Below are positions 51,491 through 64,000 of a stretch of DNA of 64,000 nt, in pieces (position 1 is the first letter of the stretch; each line of letters begins with the position of its first letter). A program made the position numbers and the translations under genes. The notes below the pieces were generated by a model, which saw nothing but the letters and a program-made list of their open reading frames with translations, was not told the DNA's origin and ran no database searches. The stretch covers positions 233,058,001 through 233,122,000 of the forward strand of contig OZ024740.1 in the NCBI GenBank assembly GCA_964016885.1. The letters run 5' to 3'. This DNA comes from Eledone cirrhosa. Lineage: Eukaryota.

Positions 51491-54231
51491 TGATTCAAGT
51501 TGATAATAGAAGCCAGCATGTTTTAAGCTCAGAACGTACATAGACGATATTAAATAATCACAAACCATTTGTCCACCGTTCTACCGTGTCTACCTCATTA
51601 CTTCCAATAATAATAATTTTTAATTTAGACACATGTGAAATAATTTTGTGGATGGGTATAGCAAATGCATCGACGCTAGGAGGATGAAAAGCAAAGTTGA
51701 TCTCGGTAGCATTTGAACACAGAATGGAAATAGCGTGAGAAACATTTTTCTGGTGGTCTCACGACTGTACCAAGCCAATACCCTTTCTTCAATAATAATA
51801 AGAGTAAATGTACATGTACTAGGAAATTAGTTGCCAAATAATATAAAATATTTAAAATGGTGTGGAGGCTACGTAGAATATAGTATACATAATGGTACCA
51901 TCCAATTGCGTATATCTTGAACAGATAGATTTGTGAGACCTTCCTCACCCCAAGGATTCTCTTCCGATGTCGAATCGTCAGCACATTCCTTCACATCACC
52001 AGCCAAAGTATATCGAACTTTTTTACATTGAAGGTGCTGGCAACAAAGAGAAATGTTAAGGATTGATAAATGGCCTTTTCTTAAGAAGCAAAATAACAGA
52101 TATTCTAATCTAATCAATAGAAAACTTGAACTTTTCAAGGATAAACAGCGATGAATGTCTTCACAATTTCTATCCAACCCTTTCGGGACAGCTTCCACTT
52201 GGCATATTCCTGGCTGAGACTTGGCACCTTGATTGCAATCTTGTTCCAGTTTCTATACAATTAGAGGTCTAACCTTAACCATATATGACGCACCTTAAGA
52301 GGACCATCAATTCGGTGACCCATGACAATGACTGGAGTGAAATAGTGTCTCCCGTTGCCATATTGCAAGTCAATCAATTTTTCTTGATTCATATGTGCTG
52401 CTGATACACACGTGTATTCATACAGAATAGAGCCGACTAACTCGATTACCAATATGTCCGATACCATGATTGTAATGGCGACTGAGAAAGCCGACACGGT
52501 TTTTAGGTTACCTAGTTTGAGCCATGTGTCCCACAATATTGTTTCCGCAACAAAGATTCAAGAGAAAAAGCATATATGACAGTAGAAAGGAGATAGACAC
52601 TTAACAAACCGAGTGTGAGATTCGAATTGGTTACGCTAGGATCTTATTTTGTCTGGTCACCTAACAATCGAGTTTCTTTAAACAACCGAAACCAGCTGCA
52701 TAGAGGATAACCACCAAGTAAAGTTGATCGACCCAATCAAAATCTTTCCAGTAAGACAAGTGGATCAGAATGTCACCAAAAACAAAAGAATTTACCTACC
52801 CTTTCTACGACGTGTTGCAAGACGTTTGCAGCCACGTCGTCTTATATAGCCAACTTTCATACAACTTCAGACTGCGTCTTAGATGCCATTCAAATTATTC
52901 AAGAGCATTAATATGTATGAAGCTGCCATGAATAAGTGAAGGAAGTCATTTTTATTAAATCCAGGAAAACCAAACCGTCCGGTTTCCTGGGATCCCCAAA
53001 GAGTCTAATGTAGCGTTGCGTATGTTGTTTTAATTTTGAAGGTCCCCCAACTCATGTGTACAACACATTTCTGTAGTCATCTGGTGCGTTCAACAACAGT
53101 TGTCTATCACAGAAGTGGCTTTTGAAATAAGTTTGTTGATCTCAGCCTCCTTATTTGTTTTGTGTTTTACACTGAGTTATCTTTCAGAGGCTTGTATAAT
53201 TGAGAAGATTGCATTTGTTGTTCTTGTTGTTATTTGAATTTATCTTTTGTGTTTTGCTGTGGTATTATATGGGCTTTATATTGCTGTTACTATTTATTTT
53301 CTCTACGACTCTTTTTATTGTGGTTGTTAAGGACATCTGTTGGTTTGTTTTTGAGATCGTGAACTTGGTTATTCTCTCTTGTTTCACTGATTTTATAATT
53401 TTTTGTGATTGACGTTTCTCTAGGCAATATATGGTGATATATTGTTGTGGTGAGTGCAAGTTTAACTGTTGTCCGTTGTTATAGGTACCCGTTTACGATT
53501 TCCACGAACCTTCTAAAATGCATTTAAAATATGACAACTGTTGCAGGTTTTCTTTCCATTTTCACCTCTAACGTATATCATTGCGGCTATTTCACAAAGG
53601 ATCTGAATGAGAGAAAGCAAATGGACATGAAAGTGTGTGTTGGTGTGGATTTCTACATGTATTTTTTACGGGGAAGAAGGTGGTGATATTTTGGTCGTGA
53701 CGACACTACTCCACTTTTGCTTTTTTGCTGTAGTTTTGGATGCTGCTAATGTTGATATTTGGTGATTTCTTTTTACCATGATGTTAGCAGCTATGAGAGT
53801 CTTTGTTACCAGACGACGTTTCTGGACAGGAGATTGTTTAATATCAAATGTGGGATTACATGGGTCTTCAAATATCTATAAAAATGGGGGGGGGGGGGGG
53901 TAGTTTTCTGTTTGAGAGATCTATTTGATCAAGGAAATGCTTGGATTGGAACTCACATGCTTATTGCTAGCAAGATGTTTTGGGGTCGTAAAGTTATCAT
54001 AACCAGAATTGCCTTTTGTTAAAAACATCGCCTGCCACCAGCTGCCAAACTCTACATATTTATTTATTTTTATACATTAACTCCCTTGATATTCTCTTTA
54101 TACCGACACATCAATTTCGTAATGATTGTACATTCCTCATACTTCTCTCTCTCTCTCTCTGCTGTATCTAAGACGGAACTTGCTCCACCGTCCCACATCA
54201 TTTGGCACGTGTGATATTGACAAAAAAATGG

Positions 54232-54570
54232 GTAAAACCCCCTTCAGTCACGAATGACCATGGGGTTTGCATCTAGAAAGTTCTCCACCGGGGCGCAGGT
54301 CCAGGCAAGGTTGTTTGAGGAAGACCAGCAGTCGCCCATGCATAGCAATCTCCCCTCTCCATGCCACCAATGTTGTTCAAGAGAAAGGTAATGGCTGATA
54401 CAGCTTGGCGCCAGTGACGTCGCAATTCATTTGTACAGCTGAGTAAACTGGAGCAACGTAAAACACAGTTTCTTGCTCAAGGACACAACGCGTCACCCGG
54501 TGTGAGAATCGAACACACATCCTCCCGATTGGAAGCTCAATGCTCTAACCACTAAGCTATGCGCCTTCAC
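54232..54570 (-). mobile_element. tRNA-derived SINE, family S3, with CORE-like body
   Basis: Minus strand GGCGCATAGCTTAGTGGTTAGAGC (A box), GTGTTCGATTCTC (B box), TGTGTCCTTGAGCAAGAAAC..CAGTTTACTCAGCTGT. Confidence 0.75.
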
Positions 54571-54780
54571 TCTTTTCTATATAGACCCTTCCGCTGTATA
54601 GGCCTCTCCACTCGCCGACACTTCATAAGAAAAATATCTCCAACCTTTAAATCGTGAATTCTGGGAACACGGCTAATGAATCTAGTTGTTACCTTACAAT
54701 ATACACTATGTAAAATTAACAACATGCATATATATATGCACTCACATTCCAACTATTCCTTAAATGTTATGAAAATATCT

Positions 54781-55947
54781 TCTTCTTCTTCTTCTTCTTC
54801 TTCTTCTTCTTCTTCTTCTTCTTCTTCTTCTTCTTCTTCTTCTTCTTCTTGCACTTGGTTGACGAGGCTTGGATCATCCTACTAAGCCAGCGATCCCAGA
54901 GAGACATCATCGAGTCGTAGAGTCGACCATGTCCACCAGCCCCACTCCATCATTGGCGGTCCTGTGTTATCTCCTCTGCATCCCGGAATGTGTTATCGAG
55001 ATTCCGTAGATCTTCCCTGGTCACATCCGGGTGTAACCGTCTAGATTGAACCAGGTCCAGTGATGGAATTAGTTTGCGATGGAACCAGATGCCGGCGATA
55101 CACAGATTGTTGTAATGGCAGAGGAGCAACAGGTGATCACCGTTATCATTGATGGATGGGTTGGTGAATGTTGTGCCAATGGGCAGAGGCTGCAAGGGAT
55201 CCTAGTTGAAGGGATCCTGGTAGAAGAAAAGATGGCAGTTTTGGCGTCCGTCAGGATGATCGTGATGGCATGGGTTGGGATTTGTCACAAGACCTGTTGA
55301 AGCTGGTTGTAGAATTCCTCATTTACAGTTTCCTCGGTGAGGCAGCGATGATAGTCACCTTCTTATGCCGGTGGAGAAAACAGGAGGAAAGCAAACGGTC
55401 AATCCAGCTGCTGAGTGACTTGAGGACGTGCTTGAGCATGGCTAGTCCCCCACCGCTGAGACCCGTCAAATGCTCAGAGCCGCTCCAGATGAGACAGTGG
55501 TCTCTCGTGGTGAATTCCCCGCTACCATGCCGTCGTGTCCCGTAGAGTCCAGCCAATGTGATGTAGTAGTGTGATAACACTCAGGACAGCAGTGTAGCTG
55601 CGACAGGACATTCCATGTGGCAACACGAATGTTATAGCGCAAATCAATTTCTCCTTGGTGGGAGCATGCACCGGTCCTTTCCGATGTGGGGAAGTCAGGT
55701 TTCTTCTGTTCGGTTACGTAATATATTGGTGTTCTTCTCGGCGGGTTGTTGGCCTTCCGCAGAATAGTCCGATGGTGGGCCTGCTATCTTGATGGCGATC
55801 CGACAACATGGTCGCTGTTGGTCTGAACCACCCCTGGGAGACTGGCCAACCTAGGATGGCTCTAAATGCAGCAATGCTCCAGACTGAAACGCTCTCTGGG
55901 TCTGGCCTTGTGATGGCGAGGGGTTTGTGTGTTCCGTAAATCCTAGA
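54781..55947 (-). mobile_element. internally deleted RTE-like element with (GAA)n tail and probable 5' inversion
   Basis: Minus strand ATWNV...NDNGDHLLLLCHYNNLCIAGIWF is joined directly to the ORF end (EDLRNL..AEEITQDR); (GAA)n tail; degenerate TSD at 54762-54780 and 55948-55965. Confidence 0.75.
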
Positions 55948-57299
55948 AAACGTATGGAAATATCTAATTTTGTTTTCTACAGTTTAGTAAGAGCTAGAAA
56001 ATAGCAACAAATTGGAGTTCGCAAAAGATACCCAACAAACCGGGCGTCAGATTAAGTCAAGCACAGGGAATTAACGTTTGGATCAGAAAAAGTAATGTCG
56101 ACACTTGTGCAAGCTCACACGAAAAACACAGTAGCATATAATTCACCCATTGAAACACAAAGCAGCAATATCAGGGAGAACAATACGAACTACATGCTAT
56201 GTACGCTCTCAACCGTCTATTTGAAACATTACTTTTGCTGTAACTTTTTATCTTCGTAGCAAGTTTTCTCAGAAAACCCTTCCCACTTAATTTGCTTTCC
56301 AAATTCGAGCCGTGTAACCGCTGTAAATATTTTCCTTTGAAAGAGTAAAGAATTTACGTATCATTGACAAGAAATACTTTCTCCCTATAGCTACTAAACA
56401 TAGAACCTCAACATACACGATTCTCCTTCAAACCACACATCTAGTAGCCCAGATCTATACGGTCAACGGGATAGGCTATTTCAAATGTTTGTCCATCAAT
56501 TATAAGAGGTAAACCCAGAAAAATATTGTATATAGAAGAGACAAATCGCCGTTTGGGTGATTATTTTCGGGTATATCTGATTGACTATGAAACTATCAAC
56601 AATTAGTTCTTAATTCCTTAGCGCATCGCATTTTCACGCCCGGTCAGACGGCGGATCATCTTCCAGTTTTATTCTGCTCTAACATCATAATTTAAATGAT
56701 ACCGTAAAATGCGTTGAAAATTCTCTCGTGTTCAGTTTTGGAACCTGTTCTGCAAGCTATAATTATATTTCATAGCTTCGATTCTTCCTCTCAATCCTGC
56801 ATCGTACTTATGCAGACATTCAGCGTCCTCTTCCCCAATTTTCTCTCCATTAAAATTTCCCTCGAGCTTTATTTTGTAAATACCATGGGTGTGTCTCTAT
56901 GCATGTATGTATGCGTACATACATGTGCAGTAGATGATACGGGTACATTTATAGGCATGTGTGTGCGTGCAAGTTGGCTAATAGGCAGCAAGTCGTTAGC
57001 AAATCTGTTATCAGAATTTAAAGCAATCCATCCCTTTCCTTGTACTACAAGTTCAAATGCAGGGGTCAGATTTTATACTTTGGAGATCGAGAAATAAAGC
57101 GTCAGTTAAATATTGGGGTCTATACTTCCTCTATAACTATTTTGCACTTCACTCTCACACCAAGTTTCTCTGGAAGTTATTCGTTGTAATCAGACATAGT
57201 AAGACTCTGACAAGTTTAAAATCTCTAAGCATGCCGTGAATCACAATGTTGCACTTACGACTCCATCATGAGTTAAAATGCGTTAACTATTACATTTCT

Positions 57300-57632
57300 T
57301 CGTGTGTGTTGGACCTCTGGTGGTACTGACAATGATTGTTCCAGTTGTTCGGACACAGACACAGCCTGCTAGTGAAATTAACAAGCAAGTAGCTGAGCTT
57401 TCTATGGACACGTACATGTTTAACCTACTTCTGAAAGACCTTCAGTGTAACACTGCGTGACAAGGCTATCCCTTTGAATTGCAGTTGTAAATCATATTTG
57501 CCAATTGAACTGACTGGGCAACGTGAAATAAAATGTTTTGCTCAAGGTCAATATGTGCCGCCAAGAATCGAACTCAGGAACTTAATCTTATGCTTTTAGC
57601 TGAACACCCTAGCCACTAATCCACGTACCTTC
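57300..57632 (-). mobile_element. degenerate S2 SINE
   Basis: Shares body with 5640-5930; GAATCGAACTC and GCCACTAATCCAC are reverse B and A boxes. Confidence 0.6.
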
Positions 57633-59244
57633 TGAGTGCGCCTATACTCACACGCACTTGTATTTGCCTGTGTTTCTGAAGAACTGACTACACATGTCTC
57701 TCAAAAATGTTACTTTTATGAGTTTTCCATGCTACTAACCAATCTTCAGCCATTCTTACTTTCAAATTTCCTTCAGTCACTTCCACGTAGTTTGAAGGAG
57801 ATTTGACTGCCGACTTTGGGAAGCGTGGTAGAAATATAATGTAACAATACATAAGATGGTCACGCTTTTTCATTTGCCCAAATGCCTGAATACTAATTAG
57901 GTGTACTCGATCAGAGTCGACTTAGGGCTGCACAACAACAATCCACAGTGTTACGCACATATAATTTGGACAAAATGCATCATTGCATGTTAAGTACCAT
58001 TGTCACGAAACTCAAACACTGACCCGTTCGGGTGGTTGTTCGAATTGATGTTGCCTCAGCAATCTGGTGCTTGTTTTATTATAATGGGATTTTTTTGGGG
58101 TGAAAACTTAGGTGTCTGTGTGTGTCTGTGCCTGTGTGTATGTGTATTAGTGTGTGTGTATGTGTATAGCAACAGTACCACTATCTCAGATATGTGAGCG
58201 GTACCCCAGTATGAGCCTTACGTGGGCATTATACACAAAACGAATCACCTGTCCTGGATTTGAACATACCAAATGTGATTTGGCCCTTTCATACGGTACC
58301 CACTCAACAGTCTCCCATCAGCTTTAGATGATGTCAGTAAGTTAAAAAACAAGAAAACATTAAAAAACAAGAAAACCTTACAAAGAAAAGAAAGATGTAT
58401 AAATATATAAATACCAAAAGAATTTTCGGTGTTGTTGTGTGAAATGGACCGATGCGATACACAGACGTAAGTGGCTAGCAGAGTTTAGGAGGTGGGAGGG
58501 TCAATGAGATAACCAACCACACATATGCATACACCTCTTTCTTTCTCTCCATATCTCTCTCCCACCACCCTCTCTTTCTCTTTCTCTCTCTGAAACGTAC
58601 ATACACTAACGAGATCACTAAATTTGGATGCAGGTTGTGGTGCTGGTGGTGTGGGGGGAAGTAACTCTCTTTCTCTCACTTGACGAAAATGGGATTTACG
58701 TAGATGATGAGGGCACCTGAATTTGGCATCCCTTGAAACGTGATGTAAGTCATGTAGGCTATTTGAAGTTGAAAAACGAAATATATTAAAAACACAAAAA
58801 CACTCCTAACACGACAGAGGATACATGTAAAGTAACTGTGTCGAACGAGGGACAAATCGGTGTATGACGTGGTAGTGGTATTTGGGTGGTATTAAGACGA
58901 AGGTTGGGAGGGGGTGCTGCAGACTTTTCTGGTTTACCAATGTTTGATTTTCGCGATAAGAATTTCGTTTTGGTTTTATTTTCGTTGTTACTGTTGTTTT
59001 ATTTTGTTTGAAATGTAAAAAGAGAAACGAGAAATGATCAAGTCACAAGATTTATTTTTTTTATTTTTGTGACTGTCTGACATGACCTGTAACGAAAAGG
59101 TCACTGGCCTCTGTCTACTAACCACCTGTTAGTGACTGAGGTATGTCTGTGTTTTCTGTTTTTAATACTATTTTTATTCATTTTCTTTACCATTTTTGTT
59201 TTACTCTGCTAAAGGCATAGACATTTTCTCTGAGAAAATCTTAA

Positions 59245-59627
59245 TAATTGTTTCTTCTTTTGGCACAAGGTCAGCAATCATTCCAGTGCATTACTGGTAC
59301 TTTATTTTATCGACCACGTAAGGATGAAAGGCAAAGTTTACCTCGGTGGGATTTGAACTCAGACCGTCAAGGAGTGTAACCCTATGCTGCAACGCATGGC
59401 GTCCGGCCCTCTACCGGTACTGCCAATCCACCGCCCTAGAAAATGTTAATAATTGTTTCTACTTTAGGCACAAGGCCAATAAATCTCCAATGCATTACTG
59501 GTACTTTATTTTATCGACTCCGTAAGGATGAAAGGTAAACTTATCCTCAACGGGATTTGAACTCAGACCGTAACGGGACGTAACTATGCTGGAAAGCATG
59601 GTGTCCGACCCTCTACCGATACTGCGA
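59245..59627 (-). mobile_element. two tandem S1 SINEs (59245-59436, 59450-59627)
   Basis: AGAAAAT(C/G)TTAATAAT is duplicated at 59233-59248 and 59438-59453 around the first copy. Confidence 0.88.
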
Positions 59628-59889
59628 ATGAACATATATATGGCGGTTCAATAACAGAAATAGTGGTATAAACAACTAATTGAAATAGCTCCCTTATTCC
59701 ATTATACAATTTAAGTTCTGAGTTCAAATCCCATTAGTATTGACATTCTTCGCCGTTTAGCACATCTGGATCAACTATGGGCGTCTACACAGTAGTCTCA
59801 TCTGCTGGAAATAGCAATCGCATCTCTTTGGAATACATTTTATCATAGGTTTGTTGGATCAGGGTTGGACTAGGGTTAAGAAGATGGAG

Positions 59890-59972
59890 TGAGAAAGAAA
59901 GAGAGAGAGAGAGAGAGAGAGACTGACAGAGAGAGCGAGAGAGAGAGAAATAGAGAGAGAGTGAGAAAGTGG

Positions 59973-60020
<48 letters not shown>

Positions 60021-60030
60021 AAAGAGAGAT

Positions 60031-60087
<57 letters not shown>

Positions 60088-60100
60088 AAGGGAAAGAGAA
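59890..60100. repeat. imperfect (GA)n microsatellite
   Basis: Read directly. Confidence 0.9.
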
Positions 60101-60439
60101 AGGCGGAGGCAAGAGGGAAATAGCGGAGAGGGAAAGGTATTCGATAAGCTGTGTGTGTATATAAATATGCGTAATTTTTAGTCTCGCTACACAGAATTGT
60201 ATTAATAAACACATGTACCCCTTTCTCTCTATCTCTGTTTCTCATTGCTTTCACATACATAAATACACACACACACACACATACACACACATATGTGCGT
60301 GTGTGTATGTATGTATGTATTAGTAGTGGTAACAAACAATATAAGTAGAGGTTAATCAAATCTATAAAGTAGAAAATTATTTTTAATTTGGACAGTTGAA
60401 CCGGTTCAAAGTTCTCCGCAGAACTGTTCAGTTAGAAAA

Positions 60440-62220
60440 CGGGTCGCAGGTGGCGGATAGTGACACGGCCACCAGATTTGATGGATAGTTGCGATATAAG
60501 CGGGTAACTGCCAGACGAATAGCAACTCCGGACCAACAGCGTTAAACTGATAGGGCAGATGGATCAATGAATGACACCTGCAGCTCCCAAGAAAACTCTC
60601 ACATCCCAGTGATGTAGCTATATGATGAGGCGAGTAAAGGCCGCCTCTAAAAAATCTAGTCTTCACGGGTTTGAGAAACTTCCAGATAGCTGACTGGCAC
60701 CAATAAGACCACCAAAGCTGCAATATGGTAAGAGGCATCAAAAAGGATCATATCGCATCGCGCCTCGCGTCGGTTAAGAAGGGACGCGATCAGTCGTTTA
60801 AGTAGAGGGGCCTGTTCGAAACATATATTGCAAAAACTGGCGATACATGTGCGACCTGTCCGGAGAAGCGTGGGATGGAAGCACAAAATTGACTATCATG
60901 AGACCCCAAAGAGGTTTTCAGAAGGGAGCACTCCTTGACAATTTGAATCTGGAAGATCACAACCGTTAAAGGTAAGGAGCAGGAACAAGTGGAGGAGACT
61001 ATCTCCTACTGATTAGCTATAGTCGGGGTTTCCTCAACAAAGTTCCGTGGCTCTGTTACTGTAGATTTGGATGGTGGATGGAAACTCCACTATTCAGGTG
61101 TAGCACCAGAAATGACTACACAGGTTCAGGTGGGGATACTCACAAGCCCTCGGCTGTCAGGATGTGTTATGGACTGGGTATCATTAGGAAGGAGGATTTG
61201 TCTCTTGAAGCTTAGGCTGAAAGATAGGTCTCTGTGGATGGTGCAAGTTTTATGCACCAAACAATGACTCATGTTTTATGCACAGATCATTCCTTGGTGA
61301 AGTCACTGCAGCGTTAGATGTAGTTAAGACTGAGTCATATATCCTGATGAGGGACTTCAATGCACATGTTGGCACTGACCACCTGACATGGAAAGGAGTG
61401 ATTGAAGGAACGGCGATCCCGTTCTAAATATGAATGGAAAGGCCTTATTATATTTATATTCTAACGAAGGACTCTCTATTATGAACACCTTCCATGACAG
61501 AGACATCAATAAATACACATGGCATAAGTGGGATCAGGGACAGAGATCAATAACTGATTTTGTTATTGTCTGTGATCTATTCGATTCTGTACTGGATGTT
61601 CGTCCTAAAAGAGGTTCTGAGCTGTCAACTCATCACCATCTAGTTATCTGCAACTTGAGACAACCCAACGCCAAATAAACCCACAAAACTGGCAGGGTCT
61701 AGGACGACCTACAGGGTAAAGTGGGATGATTTGGGTGGATAAGGAAATCAGGACCAGGTATGCATCCAAATTTAGAGAGCTCCCTGATCAAACTGTGGAC
61801 ATTAAAATGGAGTGGAGATTGTTCAGCACAGAGGTTTCTGCTTCAGCCGCTAAATGCTGTGAAAGAAAGAGGTTTGGTGTGGCACCAGAAGGCAGGGGAA
61901 CGCCTTGGTTCAATCAAGATGCCATCTGAGCATAGAAGGAGGAGGCCTACTAAGCTTGGCTTGGAATTATCTTCTCCTTCTTGCATTTGCTTTATAAGCA
62001 GGCACAGAAATAGCAGCAGAGAAAGTAAAGGCGTCCAAAATTAAGATATTGGAGGACTTTGGGGTTAAGCTGGAATCCGACTTCAGATCAGCAATTAAAG
62101 TATCCTGCAAGACCATCTGTCGACTTCGTAATAAAAATTCCTCCTCCACACTTGCTAACAAGAAGGCTTCCGGTGTTCTCTATTCTTCAGAGAGGCGCAT
62201 CCTCACGAGGTGGAGAGAAT
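60440..62220 (+). mobile_element. 5' half of a degenerate RTE-clade LINE (5' UTR plus APE domain)
   Basis: RTE-type leader GCAGGTGGCGGATAG..GGCCACCAGAT; GWKLHYSGV, VGILTSPRL, DFNAHVG, GLSIMNTF, HHLV; homologous to 1380-2645; ends abruptly at RWRE. Confidence 0.85.
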
Positions 62221-64000
62221 AAATGTTTATTTTCAAACGTTTTGATCTCCCCTTATATATGCATCATTTTGTTTCCTATTATTTTTTGTTCAGATGAAGA
62301 AAGTCTAAAGTCTGAAATTAAGAAGACTCTCTTATCTCTAATTTTAAATAATGACAAATACATTATGATCGTACTGTATTCTTTCTCTGTTGTTATTACT
62401 TTTACTTTTTTTTATTTGCATGTTAGCCACATTGAGGACGATTGTGTCTCGAAGTTCACCCTCCTAGTACCAGTATAGTGTGAGCGTTAATTTTATTTGA
62501 GTCGATAATTCCCTTTTGTTATGTGTTTTTTTTTATTATTATTTTAAGTTCGGTTGATTTAGTTATTGGGTATGTATTTGTAAGGATATATAGATATAGA
62601 TATTAACCAAACCCTATTTATGATGTTTCATCGAAATCATCCTAACAGGATATACACATCTAAAGCAACCTCTAGACTTATGTTTTCCGTAAAGTCACCA
62701 ATTCGTAGAAGTTCCATAATCAACATCATAGAAGTTCCATCATCAACTGCTACAACGGTTTCTGTGACTAGATATAAAAGATGTTTACTTTAGTTGTTTC
62801 ACCGTTCTATCATCCAGCGTAATATTCGACATGATCTCTATTTCATAGACATCAAGGTGAAAGAAGCCGCTTGTTGTATAATACAGAGAAGCTTTTGATA
62901 TGTTGAATTACACAAGCCCTTCAAGTGCTTCCGAATATCTAGAGATTCACTCATTTTCACAGCTTAGTCAGAGGACAGAGGAATGTTGGGCCAAAGGGTG
63001 GAAACAACCGTGATTTGTGGCTTATCGTTAGGGGAAAAACCTGAATCGAATGTTTACAACAGCGTGGGCTCTGCTAGAGAACTTCACAGGTTAGGAGGTG
63101 ATATTAGAATAAGTTATGGCTTCTGTCTACTAGCACAATTTAAAGGTCGAAGAAATATTTGTTCTTGAATGCCAGGACTCGTGAGGATGTTAAAATAAAT
63201 GTCTGGATCGATATCTTTAGGAAACTACAATTATATATGTGTTAGAATTTGAAATGCGAATCTAAAGTTCAGCAAGGAATGTTAGATTGGTAGAGGGAAT
63301 GGTGTATAGCAGTGTTCTATACAGTAGCTGTTGTGAAAATGATATGTCAGGTGGTTTGGTAAATGATTTGGTGCGGAAGAAAGTAATGTTTTGAATAATA
63401 CTACCATGAGCTGATGAAGTTCAAGGGAGCAGAAAAAGCTGGAGAAAGAGTAGGAAAAGTAAAAGGAAAACACAAACTGACATCGAGTGAGGGTCTGCGG
63501 GTTATCTGAAAAGGAAATGTCGCAGGAGAAAACAACTACAAGCATCAAGTTTCACGAATGTCTATAAAAATAGTAAATTATAAGATATGACGTGACTTGT
63601 CATATGAGATTGTGGTCAAAGTATAAAACGGTTGGCAATTGAAATTTAAAATATTCCTTATTGTCTGAGAATAACAGTAACACATTGGAAATGGTTTAGT
63701 ACATGTGACCCGTTAGTTGTGGCAACATGTTACTGAAATGTAGAAGGCGTGACGACCTAAAAAAAACATCACATAATGTCAAGAAAGACACATTAATAAT
63801 ATACGACGGACCATCACCATCTCCTTTCACTAGTCCCCCACCTCCCCAACACACGTATTTTAAGAATTGATAAAATAACAACATTTAGTGGAAGAAATAG
63901 AGGAATGATAAAACAAACAGCAACAAAAAGAAGAATACTAGAAAGAAAGGTCAACTCTGGAGAGTGAACTTGATTCCTCCTACTCCTCCTCATCCACTTC

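Noticed and set aside
51860-52560. Very old minus-strand LINE endonuclease remnant (WDTWL, PVIVMG)
   Set aside because: Only two weak motifs; needs a translated search against repeat proteins.

Overview
AT-rich eukaryotic intergenic or intronic DNA made almost entirely of retroelement remains and microsatellites. The repeat types and (TA)n density resemble an octopod cephalopod; this is inference, not checked. I recognised no host protein-coding exon. Contents: (1) three head-to-tail R4/Dong non-LTR elements in (TTA)n at 16.06-22.2 kb, one with an intact 1130-aa RT plus restriction-like endonuclease ORF; (2) decayed RTE, Tx1/L1, CRE and CR1-like LINE pieces; (3) about 18 copies of one tRNA-derived SINE, four with ~17-bp TSDs starting ATTATT; (4) a mariner remnant, a hAT MITE and a 9 x 80-bp minisatellite. 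The main unexplained structure is a set of more than ten short, ORF-less element families sitting between (TA)n tracts, mostly fold-back palindromes with a one-sided tail. Most carry minimal type I hammerhead ribozyme motifs (CUGANGA...GAAA...UH), often on both strands, with palindromic stem III, a U3-A8 core variant or an enlarged stem II. This fits non-autonomous Penelope-like pseudo-LTR or retrozyme-like elements. All structures were paired by eye and none was computed.
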